A DNA stretch of 63,561 bases, counting the filler, from Asterionella formosa (taxonomy: Eukaryota): the NCBI GenBank assembly GCA_002256025.1. It is 15 parts of 15 records of this genome, joined end to end, with 100 filler letters (N's around TTAATTAATTAA, not from the genome) between each part and the next. Parts side by side here need not be neighbours in the genome. Positions count along the whole stretch, not along the records: positions 50,530 to 51,893 come from NKIB01002841.1; positions 51,994 to 53,354 come from NKIB01002842.1; positions 53,455 to 54,813 come from NKIB01002843.1; positions 54,914 to 56,272 come from NKIB01002844.1; positions 56,373 to 57,731 come from NKIB01002845.1; positions 57,832 to 59,189 come from NKIB01002846.1; positions 59,290 to 60,647 come from NKIB01002847.1; positions 60,748 to 62,105 come from NKIB01002848.1; 7 more parts are not named here. One strand, 5' to 3'. Below the pieces are notes generated by a model. The model was not told the origin of the DNA and made no database searches. It saw only the letters and a program-made list of their open reading frames with translations. This document shows, in pieces, positions 51,369 to 63,561 of this stretch (positions are counted from its first letter, which is position 1; every line of letters starts with the position of its first letter). The position numbers were made by a program, and so were the translations under genes.

Positions 51369-51993
51369 GGATAGAATGAAAATGAATTAATATATAATAA
51401 TAAATTGAGCGCCACTTCGAACATGCTGTGCTGGAAAATACAGAGTCGTGAAATTATCACTCCACCATAGTAGTAAAAATGGAGGTATACCGCTACATGT
51501 AGTACAGGCGGCACTAATAGTAATAGTAGTATAGAGCTGAATCAATGTTTTCCTATCATCTATGATATGGCTTGCATTGTAGAAGTCTCACACTAACTAT
51601 AATTATTATGTAACTACTAAGTATGCATTGGATTCTATTAGATCCATTCAAAATCAACATCGTCATCAATGTCCCGTTGATTAATGCGGTCATTATAATC
51701 AATATTCCTTTCAGGAACATTTGGTTGAAGTGATTCAACATATTGATGTATATCCTCTTCACTTAGCTACGTTGGGAAATGAGAAGTATGAGTGTGGGTA
51801 GATGATATTTGCGGTGGGAGTAACAATTCCACTAGGATTCCTTCCATATTCAGATCGATTCTTTTGTGAAAGTCCAGTGTAGATTTCCTTATANNNNNNN
51901 NNNNNNNNNNNNNNNNNNNNNNNNNNNNNNNNNNNNNTTAATTAATTAANNNNNNNNNNNNNNNNNNNNNNNNNNNNNNNNNNNNNNNNNNNN

Positions 51994-52507
51994 CCTTTCC
52001 TTCTATTTCTATATTGTACTTGCTCGACTTATTGCTGTAGACTATTTGTAGCTGCTCCGAAACGGAGAAGGCCATTGCGGCACATCTCAATTTTGACTCA
52101 CTACGGCGACATGCAAGGTTAAAATATGCAACAGCTGTTTCTGAACGAAATAACGGATTCAATTCCTTATTGTCAGCTACTCAGCATCCTTTCCTTCTTT
52201 TTCTATATTGTACTTGCTAGAGTTATCGCTGTAGACTATTTGTAGCTGCTCCGAAACGGAGAAGGCCATTGCGGCACATCTCAATTTTGACTCACTACGG
52301 CGACATCCAAGGTTGAAATATGCAACAGCTGTTTCTTAACGAAATAACGGATTCAATTCCTTATTGTGAGCTACTCAGCATCCTTTCCTTCTTTTTCTAT
52401 ATTGTACTTGCTCGACTTATTGCAGCAGACTATTTGTAGCTGCTCCGAAACGGAGAAGGCCATTGCGGCACATCTCAATTTTGACTCACTAGCTACGGCG
52501 ACATGCA
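51994..52507 (+). repeat. Tandem repeat, 194-bp unit x ~2.6
   Basis: Units start CCTTTCCTTCT at 51994, 52188 and 52382. Confidence 0.92.
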
Positions 52508-53036
52508 ATGCTAAACGATGCTCAACGAGTACCAACGGTGCTTTATTTCTAATCTGGCAGGCTATTGTAATCTCTTCAATCAACAATGACTAAACAATGT
52601 GTCTACAACATCAACTACTACTAGCTACGTGTGCTGAATTCTACAGTGTGAATCTTCCTCTTGCATGTGTTATTCTTTGCCAGTTCAGATCAAAGTGATA
52701 TGTCGGAGCGGAAAAAATAATAAGTGTATCGGAATTGGCGACTCTTTCGTTCATTATATGGTGAAAGCAGCATAATATTGCGGCGGAGCAGCATAATTTC
52801 GCTTTTATACTGTTGCGATGGCTAGTTAGTCAACATATATTGTCACGAACACACATAATTATTGGTGTGATCACATAATTATTCGATAAGTGAAATAAAT
52901 TTTTGTTTAACCCGAATAAATTAGGGAAAAAGTAACATAATATTTCAAAAAAGTAACATAATATTTTAAAAAAGTAGCATAAATACGTCACTTTAGACAT
53001 AAATTCGAAAAAGTGCCGTAAACGGCGTCTTAGATG
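51994..53036 (-). mobile_element. Non-coding repeat element (copy 1) carrying an internal 194-bp tandem array
   Basis: Reverse complement of 58507-59189. The two copies share a sharp terminus CATCTAAGACGCCGTTTACGGCAC and have different flanks. Confidence 0.7.
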
Positions 53037-53454
53037 CATCATGTGCTGATAGGATTCAGATGCTGGGGCACTTACATCAAGTTTTGGATTTAGACTCTAG
53101 ATTTTTATGCTCATCCCCTAAATGCTCTCCCAATTTTGAGAGTACGAGAAATTGGGGGGGGAGGTCTTGTTCAGGTACCTGGTACCTTGATTATGTAACT
53201 TCTTCAAAGTATATAATTTTTGGTGAGTATTTCTTTAGCACCCTCCCTGTAACCACAGGATGCATCCTTGAAAATGCTTACCAGAAATTCTATACTTTTG
53301 ATGAAGTTACATGATCATCAAAACAAGCTATTTAAATTTCACACATCATGAATTNNNNNNNNNNNNNNNNNNNNNNNNNNNNNNNNNNNNNNNNNNNNTT
53401 AATTAATTAANNNNNNNNNNNNNNNNNNNNNNNNNNNNNNNNNNNNNNNNNNNN

Positions 53455-53479
53455 CACAACAACAACAACAACAACAACC

Positions 53480-53565
<86 letters not shown>
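53455..53565 (+). repeat. (CAA)n-like microsatellite
   Basis: Imperfect CAA/ACA run at the contig edge. Confidence 0.9.
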
Positions 53566-53566
<1 letters not shown>

Positions 53567-53569
53567 TAT

Positions 53570-54530
53570 AAGAACTTCCCTGAAGCCAAGAAGCTCGTTA
53601 ACCACCTACCAAATAAATCCACCCTGACTGCAATTGACAACCAAATAGAAATACTCAGGCAAGCAAATAACTCCAGCTCCACTGGATGCCTCCACCCATT
53701 GATTCAGAATCTCAACCATATTAATCAAGAAGACGACATCACCCATCATCACAAGTGGAACATCCAACAAAAATGCCAATACATTGCTTGCTCTCTCACT
53801 TCATTTTGCAAAAGAAAACATGAATATATGGACCTGGGAACATTTTTGCACTGTCACTGTTAAGGGATAAACCAACCAAGCAAGGACTCACACTTGCCAC
53901 ACATGCACACATCATCTCCACGTGGTACCGCATTTTCCGAAATCACCGCAAACTCCAAGGATCTGCCACCCTTCCTGCACGCCAACCCCGACCTCTGCAT
54001 GAACATTCAACGATATTGCAAAGAAAATTGGATACCCTTTCCATCGAAATGCTTTCTGAATATTTGCATGAAAAGGTCCTACCAGTAGCACTGGTCCATT
54101 CGACATTCAATGAACCTGTTGAGGAGAAAGAAGGAGAGCAGAGGGTTAATGTTGCACTTGACCTGGAATATGAGGAGTACAAGTTAAAGTTGAAACAAAT
54201 TCTAATCACACATGGACTTATCTGCATTAGACTCTCCACTGTCTATCGCTGGATTACTCGGTTGGGATTCCCATATGCACCAAGGAAGAAAGGATACTAT
54301 GTTGATGGACATGAAAAACCTGCAACAATTCAATACCAATGGTATTTCTGCAAACAATATCTGGGATATGAACAAAGGATGCAAAAATGGATTCAGATAC
54401 CAGCCGAGGAAGCAGCTTTCATGGAAGAGAAGGGCGAGGTAACAAGGGGTTCAGGATACAATGATGGCAATATTGTTGGATAACATGTCGACACTGTTGA
54501 TCCACAGAAGCGAAAGAAACACCATTTGGA
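53570..54530 (+). pseudogene. Degenerate DNA-transposase fragment (DGHE-motif family, probably Tc1/mariner-IS630 superfamily)
   Basis: STVYRWITRLGF...RKKGYYVDGHEKPATIQY...FCKQYL...E.RM..WIQI, preceded by LPPFLHANPDL in another frame. Confidence 0.6.
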
Positions 54531-57500
54531 GGGTCCCCTCCAAATGGTTTATATATTTATGACAGTTTATGTATTTATATATTTACAAATTTTATAACTA
54601 TGTACATGGCAAATATTTTTGAAATCGTTCTGATATGTTAACAATCCATGCCTACTTCATGAAAAGAAATAATGTAGTAGCATATGACAAGGAAAAGTTT
54701 ACGCAATAAAGAAAAACATTGAGGCTTCGACACATTGGGCCTTCGAAGGATTGAGTATGATTAAGATAATGAATCTATCAATGTGGTACAGCATGGATGG
54801 CAGTCGTTGGGATNNNNNNNNNNNNNNNNNNNNNNNNNNNNNNNNNNNNNNNNNNNNTTAATTAATTAANNNNNNNNNNNNNNNNNNNNNNNNNNNNNNN
54901 NNNNNNNNNNNNNAAGCAATCAAGACAAATGGAGGACAAGGATCACGGTTCCGGAGGTGTGTGATGATGTAATATTTATGGTGAAGTTGGATATGTGCAT
55001 ATTGAATTCAGCCGTACCTACTGGCACAGTAGAATACTACGGTACCAGGTACCATCAGGTTCAACAAGGGAGAAAGAGGTCATGGTGGTCTAGACTAACA
55101 GTAACAGGTACCATGTAGCTGAATTCTAAATTGACTACCGGTAGACTACCAGTATACTTGTACTCCCACTGTTCAACTATAGTGGCAACAGATCCACGTC
55201 CTTTTAAGGGGCCCTCTGTAGAAAGGTAATATAAATTTTCTCTATGAGATGACGATGCTGGCAACATGTAAATTAGTTACATTAGTTTATTAAGGCAAGA
55301 ATATTGCTGAAAAGCGATGTGGATAAATTAGGTCTACTGAATTTACATGAATATTGCTACCTTGCATGTTTGTTTTGCCCTACAAGCAAGGAGTGCGTGA
55401 TATGCAATAATTAAGATCGGCCGACTACAAATGCTGTAAAAACTAGGGTAAAAATGCCTCACTGAACAAAAATTTAGCAACACAAAAATCAAAATGAAAA
55501 CTGATTTGGGCAAGTCTCGGGCCTCAAGGCTATCAACAATGGGCGTTGAACGTAAACAAAGATGAATACCTGGATTTACAAAAAGCGGCTGGCCATCCAT
55601 TTCATCATTCCATCATCATCCTTTTGAGGTTGCAAGGCGAGCAATTGATGATGTGTTGTTGCTGTTCTGTAATTAAATCCTTCTTCTTGTATCAATTGAC
55701 AAATGAAGGTTCAATGAAAAAGGGTTGGTCCAGAGCAAACATTCCCATCAGTGTGTGATTCTATGAAAAATGCGCCAAAAATCGAGGTCAGGTTCACCCA
55801 ATTCTAGACTACTTAGAAATATATAATATGCACCATTTGATTTGGAATACTTTTTAAACTAGGCAGGGCTGCTAGGTGGAGAATTATCGGAGCTCGCGCT
55901 TCATGAGAGGCAGTGACCTAAAATTTGGTTGCAACTATTGTTGAATAAAGGGAGTATTAGTTAAATAATATGCATCTAGAATAGCTGTACTAACTGAAAC
56001 TAAAAAGATACATACCGGTGCTCGAGGACATGCTATGCTATATATATATACACAAATATGCACATGATTACCGGTATATAAAAAGAATAATTTATATTTG
56101 TGGACGTACATAAAATGCCGGTACCGGGAATAATATCTGTCACAAACCCGAATATCCGGGGTTTCAAGATTCCTTAAAAACGCGGGAAAATAATTTGACA
56201 CCTGGAATATGATCGAAAGATGATGAGAACAAACTGTTCAAACACTATCCTTGCCGATCAAGGCGCTCGTGCNNNNNNNNNNNNNNNNNNNNNNNNNNNN
56301 NNNNNNNNNNNNNNNNTTAATTAATTAANNNNNNNNNNNNNNNNNNNNNNNNNNNNNNNNNNNNNNNNNNNNGGCTGGCTGCTGAGCCGGTATTCTCCAG
56401 TGTGAGCATGACGAGAAATGAAAGCGAGCGATGCACGGCGCAATGGGTGACCGGTGGTAACTGAGATTCAAGTCAACGCGAATGGAACAGAACAGAACAG
56501 AACAGAACAGAACAGAGCAGAACGGGTGGCTGATGTGAGTGCCGCGCTTGTGCTATTGAGCTTTGTTCGTGTCCACTATGGAGAGTGGTTGTATTGCTTC
56601 TTCCGGTCAATGGAAAGGAAGCAAGCAAGCGAGCGTAGCGGAGTGGCAAGTGGCAAAGTCAAAGTCTCTTTTGTGATTGCTTATCGAATCCGTTATTTGT
56701 TCTAGCGTAACGCACTCATGACCTATCTTGACGATCAACTTTAGCGGACCAGTTGTAACGACACTCGAAAGGAACAAGAATCGAATGCCTCCTCCCACGT
56801 CTCAACCTCCCCTTCGCTAGGTGCAGCTGCCTTCTGTACAAGAAACGAAGAAAAATACCACCATATCACCGTACCACACCGCCCTACACATGGATCGTTG
56901 TCCAGAGGCGCGCGCATTGGACCAGTATGGAATTTATAACAAAGCGCTTGTACCAAGGAATGGGGTGCCGTCTTGATGATAGGAATGTCCTCCTTCTTGA
57001 TTTTCCCCACTGGTGGTGTCGAAGTTCCCGCTAAAGAAGCAAGCTTCGGAATCAGCTGCTTTCAAGCTCTGGAAAGTCAATAAAGTGAAATTAGTTAAAT
57101 TATGCATTGTTGGACCAGTGCGATGCAATCCATCCGCTTTCCCTTTGAAAGAAAGCTCTGTCTAGAAAATTTGGCCGCTGCGCACCGCGCTAACATTCTT
57201 ATGAAGGACCTGATGGGCACGCACCGCATTGGAAAATTCTATGCATAAACTAGCTAGGTATGCATCCAAGTCAAAAGTGGACGATAAGATATCAGTGATG
57301 CCCTTCATTTCCTTACCAATATTGCAGAGCGAGCTTTCGCTTTTTTCACCAGCAATGCATTCCTTTACAGACAACAGATGGAAATGATGGTTTTGCAGGG
57401 TGATGGCAAGCAGTGCAGTGTAGCTAAATATATAGGCAAGCAAAGCATGCCAAGAGTTGGAAGCAGTGGCTGTTCATAGTTTGATGATGATGATGATGAT

Positions 57501-57980
57501 GATGATAATAATGAGGAGAATTTTGACCAATCCCTTGCACTGATGTAGGTTGATGACACAAACATGGTCATCCCAGCTCCTAGTAACAGAGAGGACTTCT
57601 CAGCGGTGGGTATGTAAAATGATATCATCAATATGAATGGGTTGTTGCAATTTGCTGGTTTCTGAATCCCCATTGGCTGGTGACCGCTGTTGCATCATGT
57701 ATTCTACGCCACAATTTGGACCAAGAAAGACNNNNNNNNNNNNNNNNNNNNNNNNNNNNNNNNNNNNNNNNNNNNTTAATTAATTAANNNNNNNNNNNNN
57801 NNNNNNNNNNNNNNNNNNNNNNNNNNNNNNNGAACAATGCGCGCCGAGGTACAGACGATAGTAGATACCGTTAACAGCAGCATTCGGGCATGCATACCGG
57901 AACATTGCTGCAGTACCAGGTACCTGGTACCGTTGCAGGGACCGGCACGAACGAACGAACGAACGAACGATGCTGCTACA

Positions 57981-58506
57981 TGATGGAAAATACGATAGGG
58001 TCCGTGGATTTGGACCCCCCTCACCCGAGGGGTTGATTGTCGTGTCATAAACAATGCACCCTCCCTTGAATGTTGTCCATGCGTGTTTGGGTAACATTGG
58101 AGTTAGCTCTCCAGGTTGCCCAGTGGTGGTCCCCATGTGCTTCCCCTTCCAAGTAACCACTAATCCGGGTTACACTTGGATATCCCTCACCGGGTTCCTC
58201 CATAGTAACCCCCACCCATGGAGGGGATACAAGGCAATCCCCTCGGGAACTAACCGGGTTATAGGTTCGTTCCCTACACAGAGAGCCAGTCAGGATCTAG
58301 ATAACTCTAGGCCTCTTCCATGAGGGTCAGGTGGTCCATTGCTGCTGGAAAATAGCTTCCCGTACCCTCTGGGTGCGTTACTCCCAGTTGGTGCATGGAT
58401 CCGTGCAGGTTTGTTATGCTCCTTTTACCATCTGGTCCCCTTACGTAATCACATCCCAGGTGAAATGTAGGTGGGCCAATCTTCTTTATCGTATACTTCT
58501 CCTGTA
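57981..58506 (-). mobile_element. Small internally deleted copia remnant
   Basis: The minus strand encodes QEKYTIKKIGPPTFHLGCDY, which resembles a copia RT thumb region. A later purine tract AAGGGAGGG-TG at 58058 may mark an LTR start. Confidence 0.45.
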
Positions 58507-59189
58507 CATCTAAGACGCCGTTTACGGCACTTTTTCGAATTTATGTGTAAAGTGACGTATTTATGCTACTTTTTTAAAATATTATGTTACTTTTCTAAAA
58601 TATTATGTTACTTTTTTGAAATATTATGCTACTTTTTCCCTAATTTATTCGGGTTAAACAAAAATTTATTTCACTTATCGAATAATTATGTGATCACACC
58701 AATAATTATGTGTGTTCGTGACAATATATGTTGACCAACTAGCCATCGCAACAGTTTAAAAGCGAAATTATGCTGCTCTGCCGCAATATTATGCTGCTTT
58801 CACCATATAATGAACGAAAGAGTCGCCAATTCCGATTCACTTATTATTTTTTCCGCTCCGACATATTTCTTTGATCTGAACTGGCGAAGAATAACACATG
58901 CAAGAGGAAGATTCACACTGTAGAATTCAGCACACGTAGTAGTAGTTGATGTTGTAGACACATAATTAAGTCATTGTTGATTGTAGAGATTACAATAGCC
59001 TGCCAGATTGGAAATAAAGCACCATTGGTACTTGTTGAGCATCGTTGAGCATTGCATGTCTCCGTAGTGAATCGAAATTGAGATGTGCCACAATGGCCTT
59101 CTCCGTCTCGGAGCAGCTACAAATAGTCTACAGCGATAACTCTAGCAAGTACAATATAGAAAAAGAACCAGAGGATGAGTAGCTGACAA
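58507..59189 (+). mobile_element. Non-coding repeat element (copy 2)
   Basis: Inverted copy of the 51994-53036 element. It has ~19-bp AATATTATGTTACTTTT sub-repeats, with one more unit than copy 1, and runs into the 194-bp unit at the contig end. Confidence 0.7.
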
Positions 59190-59844
59190 NNNNNNNNNNN
59201 NNNNNNNNNNNNNNNNNNNNNNNNNNNNNNNNNTTAATTAATTAANNNNNNNNNNNNNNNNNNNNNNNNNNNNNNNNNNNNNNNNNNNNATGCCTACTAG
59301 TATCACACCATTACTCCTCTATCCCCACTAACACAAATCACCATTGCTCCAGCACCCATCTCCTCTGAGACGATTTAGTTATCGGTTGCTGGTCCTCTAG
59401 GCCCGATTTGAAAATATCAAAAGTTTGTTTTGATGATGGCAAAAATTGAAAGTTGACATAAGCATAGAAGTGAACGGTTCGTTCCTATTGAAAAATAGAT
59501 AGATGTGGGTCTCCATTGGTTGTTCGACCCATCTAAATATGGGAACTTGCTGAATCTGAAGTGTCTTCATTTTGCCTTCTTGTCTCAGTGACATTTATAA
59601 ATGGTACAAGGGTACCGCTAATGGCTCAGTCCTTTACCAATTGCAACAGCAAAATCCCATTCTATTTCAAGGCTCGTTAAGCAATGATAAGAAGAATTGA
59701 TTGTTACAAATGTTATTAAAATAAAACATAAAGATACGGGTCTCCGAGTTTGCTGTTGCAACCCTCTGGATTGAAAATGCAGATCGGACCAACAGGCACT
59801 ACCACCGCGCCAATGAAAGGTTGGATGTTGGACGAGTTGATAAA

Positions 59845-60647
59845 TTATGCATCAACTTCAACATCATCATCGGCCTCCTTTCCCTTGGTAAACGTCTCAG
59901 GTCCAGGAACTTCAAGAGCGACGGCCTTCTGGCCAATAGTATCTTCTCCGCCGAAAAGGAGCGACGAACAGCCTTTGATAAAGATGAAGCAGCTGAGGAT
60001 GGTAGATCCCAAAATTGTGGCTCCCATGATAGTAAATGCCTGCTTCCAGCCTCGATTACGAAAGGCAAGTCCGAAGCCAACGGCGCCACAGTTGCCTCCT
60101 GCACCAACAATACCAGAAACGGCTCCAGTAGAAGCTGGGTCAACGTATGGCACAATACCATACGAGGTTCCACAAGCAGCATCGCAATGGATGCCAAAAA
60201 CGATCATGACGGCAATGGCGCCACCGAGCGTATTCGTATGTGCAAAGAGCAACACAAGACCTCCCTCAGCCAAAAGCATATAGGTGTGGATCAAAATACG
60301 TCCTCTCATCCCCATTCGCGCGTTAAACTTGTCAGACAAATAACCTCCTAGACCACGGGCGAAAATATTCATCCAGCCAAAGATAGAGGCAAGGGCAGCC
60401 GCAGACTCTGTACTCTGACCAAACTTGTCCTTGAAATAAAGGGCGGCGCCATTGTTCATGGTCAACTCAACGCCAAAGCAGCAACCATACTGAATGAACA
60501 TAATCCAAGTGTTCAAGTTTAGGGCACCAGATCGGAAGGATGCGGCGGCCGAAACCGGTTGCATAAGACCATTCTTCTTCAACTCTGTGTAGTTTCCTTT
60601 GGGAGCGTCATCTGTGACAAAGTAGATGACGATACCACAAGTGAAAG
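59845..60647 (-). CDS. NRT2: High-affinity nitrate transporter NRT2 (MFS), C-terminal half
   Basis: DDAPKGNY, QYGCCFGVELTMNN, FGWMNIFARGLGGYLSD and YGIVPYVDPASTGAVSGIVGAGGNCGAV. The 5' part is cut by a linker. Confidence 0.93.
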
Positions 60648-60747
60648 NNNNNNNNNNNNNNNNNNNNNNNNNNNNNNNNNNNNNNNNNNNNTTAATTAAT
60701 TAANNNNNNNNNNNNNNNNNNNNNNNNNNNNNNNNNNNNNNNNNNNN

Positions 60748-62105
60748 AGTTTTGTTAATTCGGCTGATAGTAGGGCATCTACAGCAGGACGAACTTCTGG
60801 GTTTCCGAGGCGACCCTTGGTTTGTCCTTCAAACTCAGGTTCCGTCACTGACACTGAAATAATGGCCGTCAACCCCTCTCGTATGAATTCACCCGGCATG
60901 TTGGGTGTCCCTTCCTTGACCTTCCCTAATCGTTTGGCGACCTGATTGATAGTTCGTGTCAAGCACGCTTTGAGACCATCAACATGAGAACCACCATCAC
61001 GGGTTCGAATATTGTTGCAAAATGAAAGTATGGATTCCGTATACATATCGGAAGACCAACGTAGAGCAACGGAAACACTAACTGGAGGTGAACCAACCTC
61101 ACGAACACTCGTTCCGGAACACAGTATTGTGGTTCCGTCATTTGATAATAATCCTGATGAGGGATTTGCCGACATTCCATCAGTGTTCGCACCCTTTTTT
61201 GCTTTGGTCTTTTTATTCGAAAACGGCGACCCATCTCCAAACAATGGCTGTTTCGATTGACAGAGAAGTTCAGCATACTCAGATAGGCCACCAGCATGAT
61301 AAAAGACTTGCATACCATTTTTCTTGGCTTCTTTGTGAATCCGATTGTCCTTCAAAGTCAAGACAAGGCCTGCGTTGAGGTATGCAATTTCGTCCATACG
61401 TCCCTTTAATCTGGAAGTATCAAAGGTGATGTCAGGTTTTCCGTGCTCTCCTTTAAACACTTGTAGATCGGGCAAGAACGTGACGGAGGTCCCGGTTTTT
61501 CTCTTTTCCCGCATAGATTTCACTAGCTCTAGATTTGATTTTGCACATTCAAAGGAATCTTGCTCATCTCTGTCATCAGTGCCCTTTAGCTTCGACATCA
61601 TACGAGATTCTGCTAACGATTGGATCTCTTGTTCAACTTCGGTAACAAATGATGTTTCTTCGCAAATATCACCCACTTGAATGGGTCCTGTTGGGTACCC
61701 CCGTTCGAACCTCATTCGGTACTCTCGACTGTTACGATGCACAGAAACATCAACAAAACTACTTAATGCGTTGACCACACTGATCCCGACTCCATGCAAG
61801 CCTCCGGATACCTTGTACCCAGAAGATCCACCTTCATTTTCGAACTTTCCACCCGCATGTAGCACCGTGAGCACAGTCTCCAATGCGCTCAAGCCAGTCG
61901 TCGGATGCAGGTCGGTCGGAATCCCTCGCCCGTCGTCCACAATGGTGCATGATCCGTCGTCATTGATAGTGGTCGTGACGTGTGTCGCATGTCCAGCTAA
62001 GGCTTCATCTACGCAGTTGTCAATAACTTCCCATACTAAATGGTGCAGACCATCGGGTCCTGTCGATCCAATGTACATCCCCGGTCGCTTGCGAACCGGA
62101 TCTAG
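60748..62105 (-). CDS. gyrB: DNA gyrase subunit B (nucleus-encoded, organellar), internal fragment
   Basis: LEPVRKRPGMYIGSTG, EVIDNCVDE, DDGRGIP, LHAGGKF, SGGLHGVGISVVNALS and EPEFEGQTKGRLGN. Both ends are cut by linkers. Confidence 0.95.
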
Positions 62106-63104
62106 NNNNNNNNNNNNNNNNNNNNNNNNNNNNNNNNNNNNNNNNNNNNTTAATTAATTAANNNNNNNNNNNNNNNNNNNNNNNNNNNNNNNNNNNNNNN
62201 NNNNNTTGATTTGTATAGTCATTGACCATGATGTCAATATTGCCGTCAAGCAATGTTTTTCTTGTACCAACGCACTTTGCTACCTTTCAACTATAAGGGA
62301 GTATTACAAGCTACATATCAATATTCAGCTAGAGGGAGTCGATAGTGCTGGAGCAGCCATGCGATCACGCTTGCTCAGAATGGAACGGAATGATCAGGGT
62401 TGTTTGGAGGTAGGAAGGACAACTGTACTGGGCGGAAGCACTCCTGCTACTTGTTTCAGGCTACTACAGCTATGTGCATGGTTGCGGCAACCAGATCATC
62501 TACACTACATAACGATGTAGATCTCCATAGGGTTCAGCTTTTTTCTTCTTCTCTGTATTATTTCGGTCTTCGATTGTGTGGTGATGGAAAGTCAATTATG
62601 CCTGTGTCTCCACTGAAACAACTATTTTTTTGCTTCATTTCTATCCCAAAACAATATTTTCTTTTCTCATTTGATGCTACTTATTACAATGCATTTCATA
62701 CTTTGATTGCTCCAAACTTCATGTTCAATTTTCATTGATGTTGCATGTTACAATCATTCTCGTGTGTTTTGCGCCTGTTGTACCATTTCTATGTATTTTA
62801 CCGTTTTTCTGGCTGTCTTGCTAAAATAGGCAATTTTAATGCCGAAAAATTCGATGTGCCCCATATTGCCCCTAATTAAAAATTAATAAAAAGAAATTAT
62901 TTAGAGCCTAAAAATTACCTTAGAAGTACCCGAATGGCAAGGCGATAGCTGGAGCGGGAATTGTTGAATGATAGGAACGCCCCTAAAATCTGTATCGACA
63001 ACACAGACGGTCGTAACAGCGCACATCATGCATTCTACATTCCAAAAATCATTGTTATTCACAACAAGACACAGACGGATGCAGTGACGAAAAACATAAT
63101 ACCG

Positions 63105-63561
63105 ATGATAATTTTTTTCTGTATTTCTGAGCTGATGAAAGGCATTCATACTTGTCTTTCTGCTTTCGCTTCGTCGACCCTTTTCCGATCTAATCTTCCT
63201 TTTACAAGTAAAAGCCTCTCAAGCACACGATTGTTGAAAATGAGCTCAAGCAGCAAGGAAGGCCTCCCTCGCGTGGACTCCGTCGAGCGAGTGGCATCCA
63301 CCAAATGGTTGGCCCTTGACACTCTCACTTGGACAGACCAAGAAGGAATACAGCGCAAATGGGATGTGGCTGTCCGAACGACTAAGGACACAACGTCAGG
63401 TTCCGCTGATGCTGTTGTTATTATTCCACTGCTCCGCAGTAAATCAAATCCAGCGATCATCGATACTCTTCTCGTGGAGCAATATCGCCCTCCTATGCGC
63501 CGGACAACATTGGAATTCCCAGCAGGTCTGATTGATAAGGACGAGTCAGTGGAAAATGCTG
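63105..63561 (+). CDS. Nudix hydrolase, ADP-ribose pyrophosphatase (NUDT5/YSA1-like), 3'-truncated by the window end
   Basis: Not in the ORF track. My translation: MIIFFCISELMKGIHTCLSAFASS...KWLALDTLTWTDQEGIQRKWDVAVRTT...DAVVIIPLL...LVEQYRPPMRRTTLEFPAGLIDKDESVENA, which includes the start of the Nudix box. Confidence 0.9.
   Translation, partial: MIIFFCISELMKGIHTCLSAFASSTLFRSNLPFTSKSLSSTRLLKMSSSSKEGLPRVDSVERVASTKWLALDTLTWTDQEGIQRKWDVAVRTTKDTTSGSADAVVIIPLLRSKSNPAIIDTLLVEQYRPPMRRTTLEFPAGLIDKDESVENA

Noticed and set aside
52830..53042. Duplicated small ORF with LCYFF repeats (also 58471-58734)
   Set aside because: It is a translation of AT-rich sub-repeats in the non-coding repeat element.
56373..57731. 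Possible minus-strand spliced gene or pseudogene
   Set aside because: There are several short ORFs, but I could not build a consistent splice model or recognise a domain.
11903..60647. Nitrate-assimilation cluster (NAR1-like FNT plus NRT2)
   Set aside because: The two genes are on different contigs separated by artificial linkers.
60748..62105. gyrB as bacterial contamination or recent HGT
   Set aside because: Algae normally encode organellar gyrase in the nucleus. The composition resembles the host genes and the inserts are not bacterial-like. A phylogeny would be needed to exclude it fully.

Overview
Eukaryotic nuclear DNA, most likely from a diatom. Evidence for this: short GT-AG introns, ASAFAP-like plastid presequences, CoDi-type copia elements and RNase H-bearing LINEs. 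The window is not one locus: 15 assembly pieces are joined by 14 artificial 100-nt linkers (N44-TTAATTAATTAA-N44). Piece 1 (1-22253) carries two hypothetical genes, two secreted RXL-motif proteins, a plastid formate/nitrite transporter, V-ATPase subunit A and a decayed copia element. One of the secreted proteins combines a histidine-less Cu/Zn-SOD-like domain with PT repeats and KGGKG repeats. Piece 2 (22354-44589) is mostly stacked dead transposons (two LINEs, a Mutator/Kolobok-like transposase, a copia 5' end, a PIF/Harbinger element) followed by a KIX-like coactivator gene. The thirteen ~1.36-kb pieces hold fragments: a HARBI1-like transposase, a bHLH factor, a copia 3' end, a satellite-carrying repeat element, NRT2, gyrase B and a Nudix hydrolase. 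Intergenic DNA is peppered with palindromic GGTACC/CCWGG/CCGG motif clusters. All domain calls are by-eye motif recognition; no searches were run. I found no rRNA, tRNA or CRISPR, and no convincing new multi-gene system. The best lead is the SOD-fold pseudo-enzyme with silaffin-like hallmarks.
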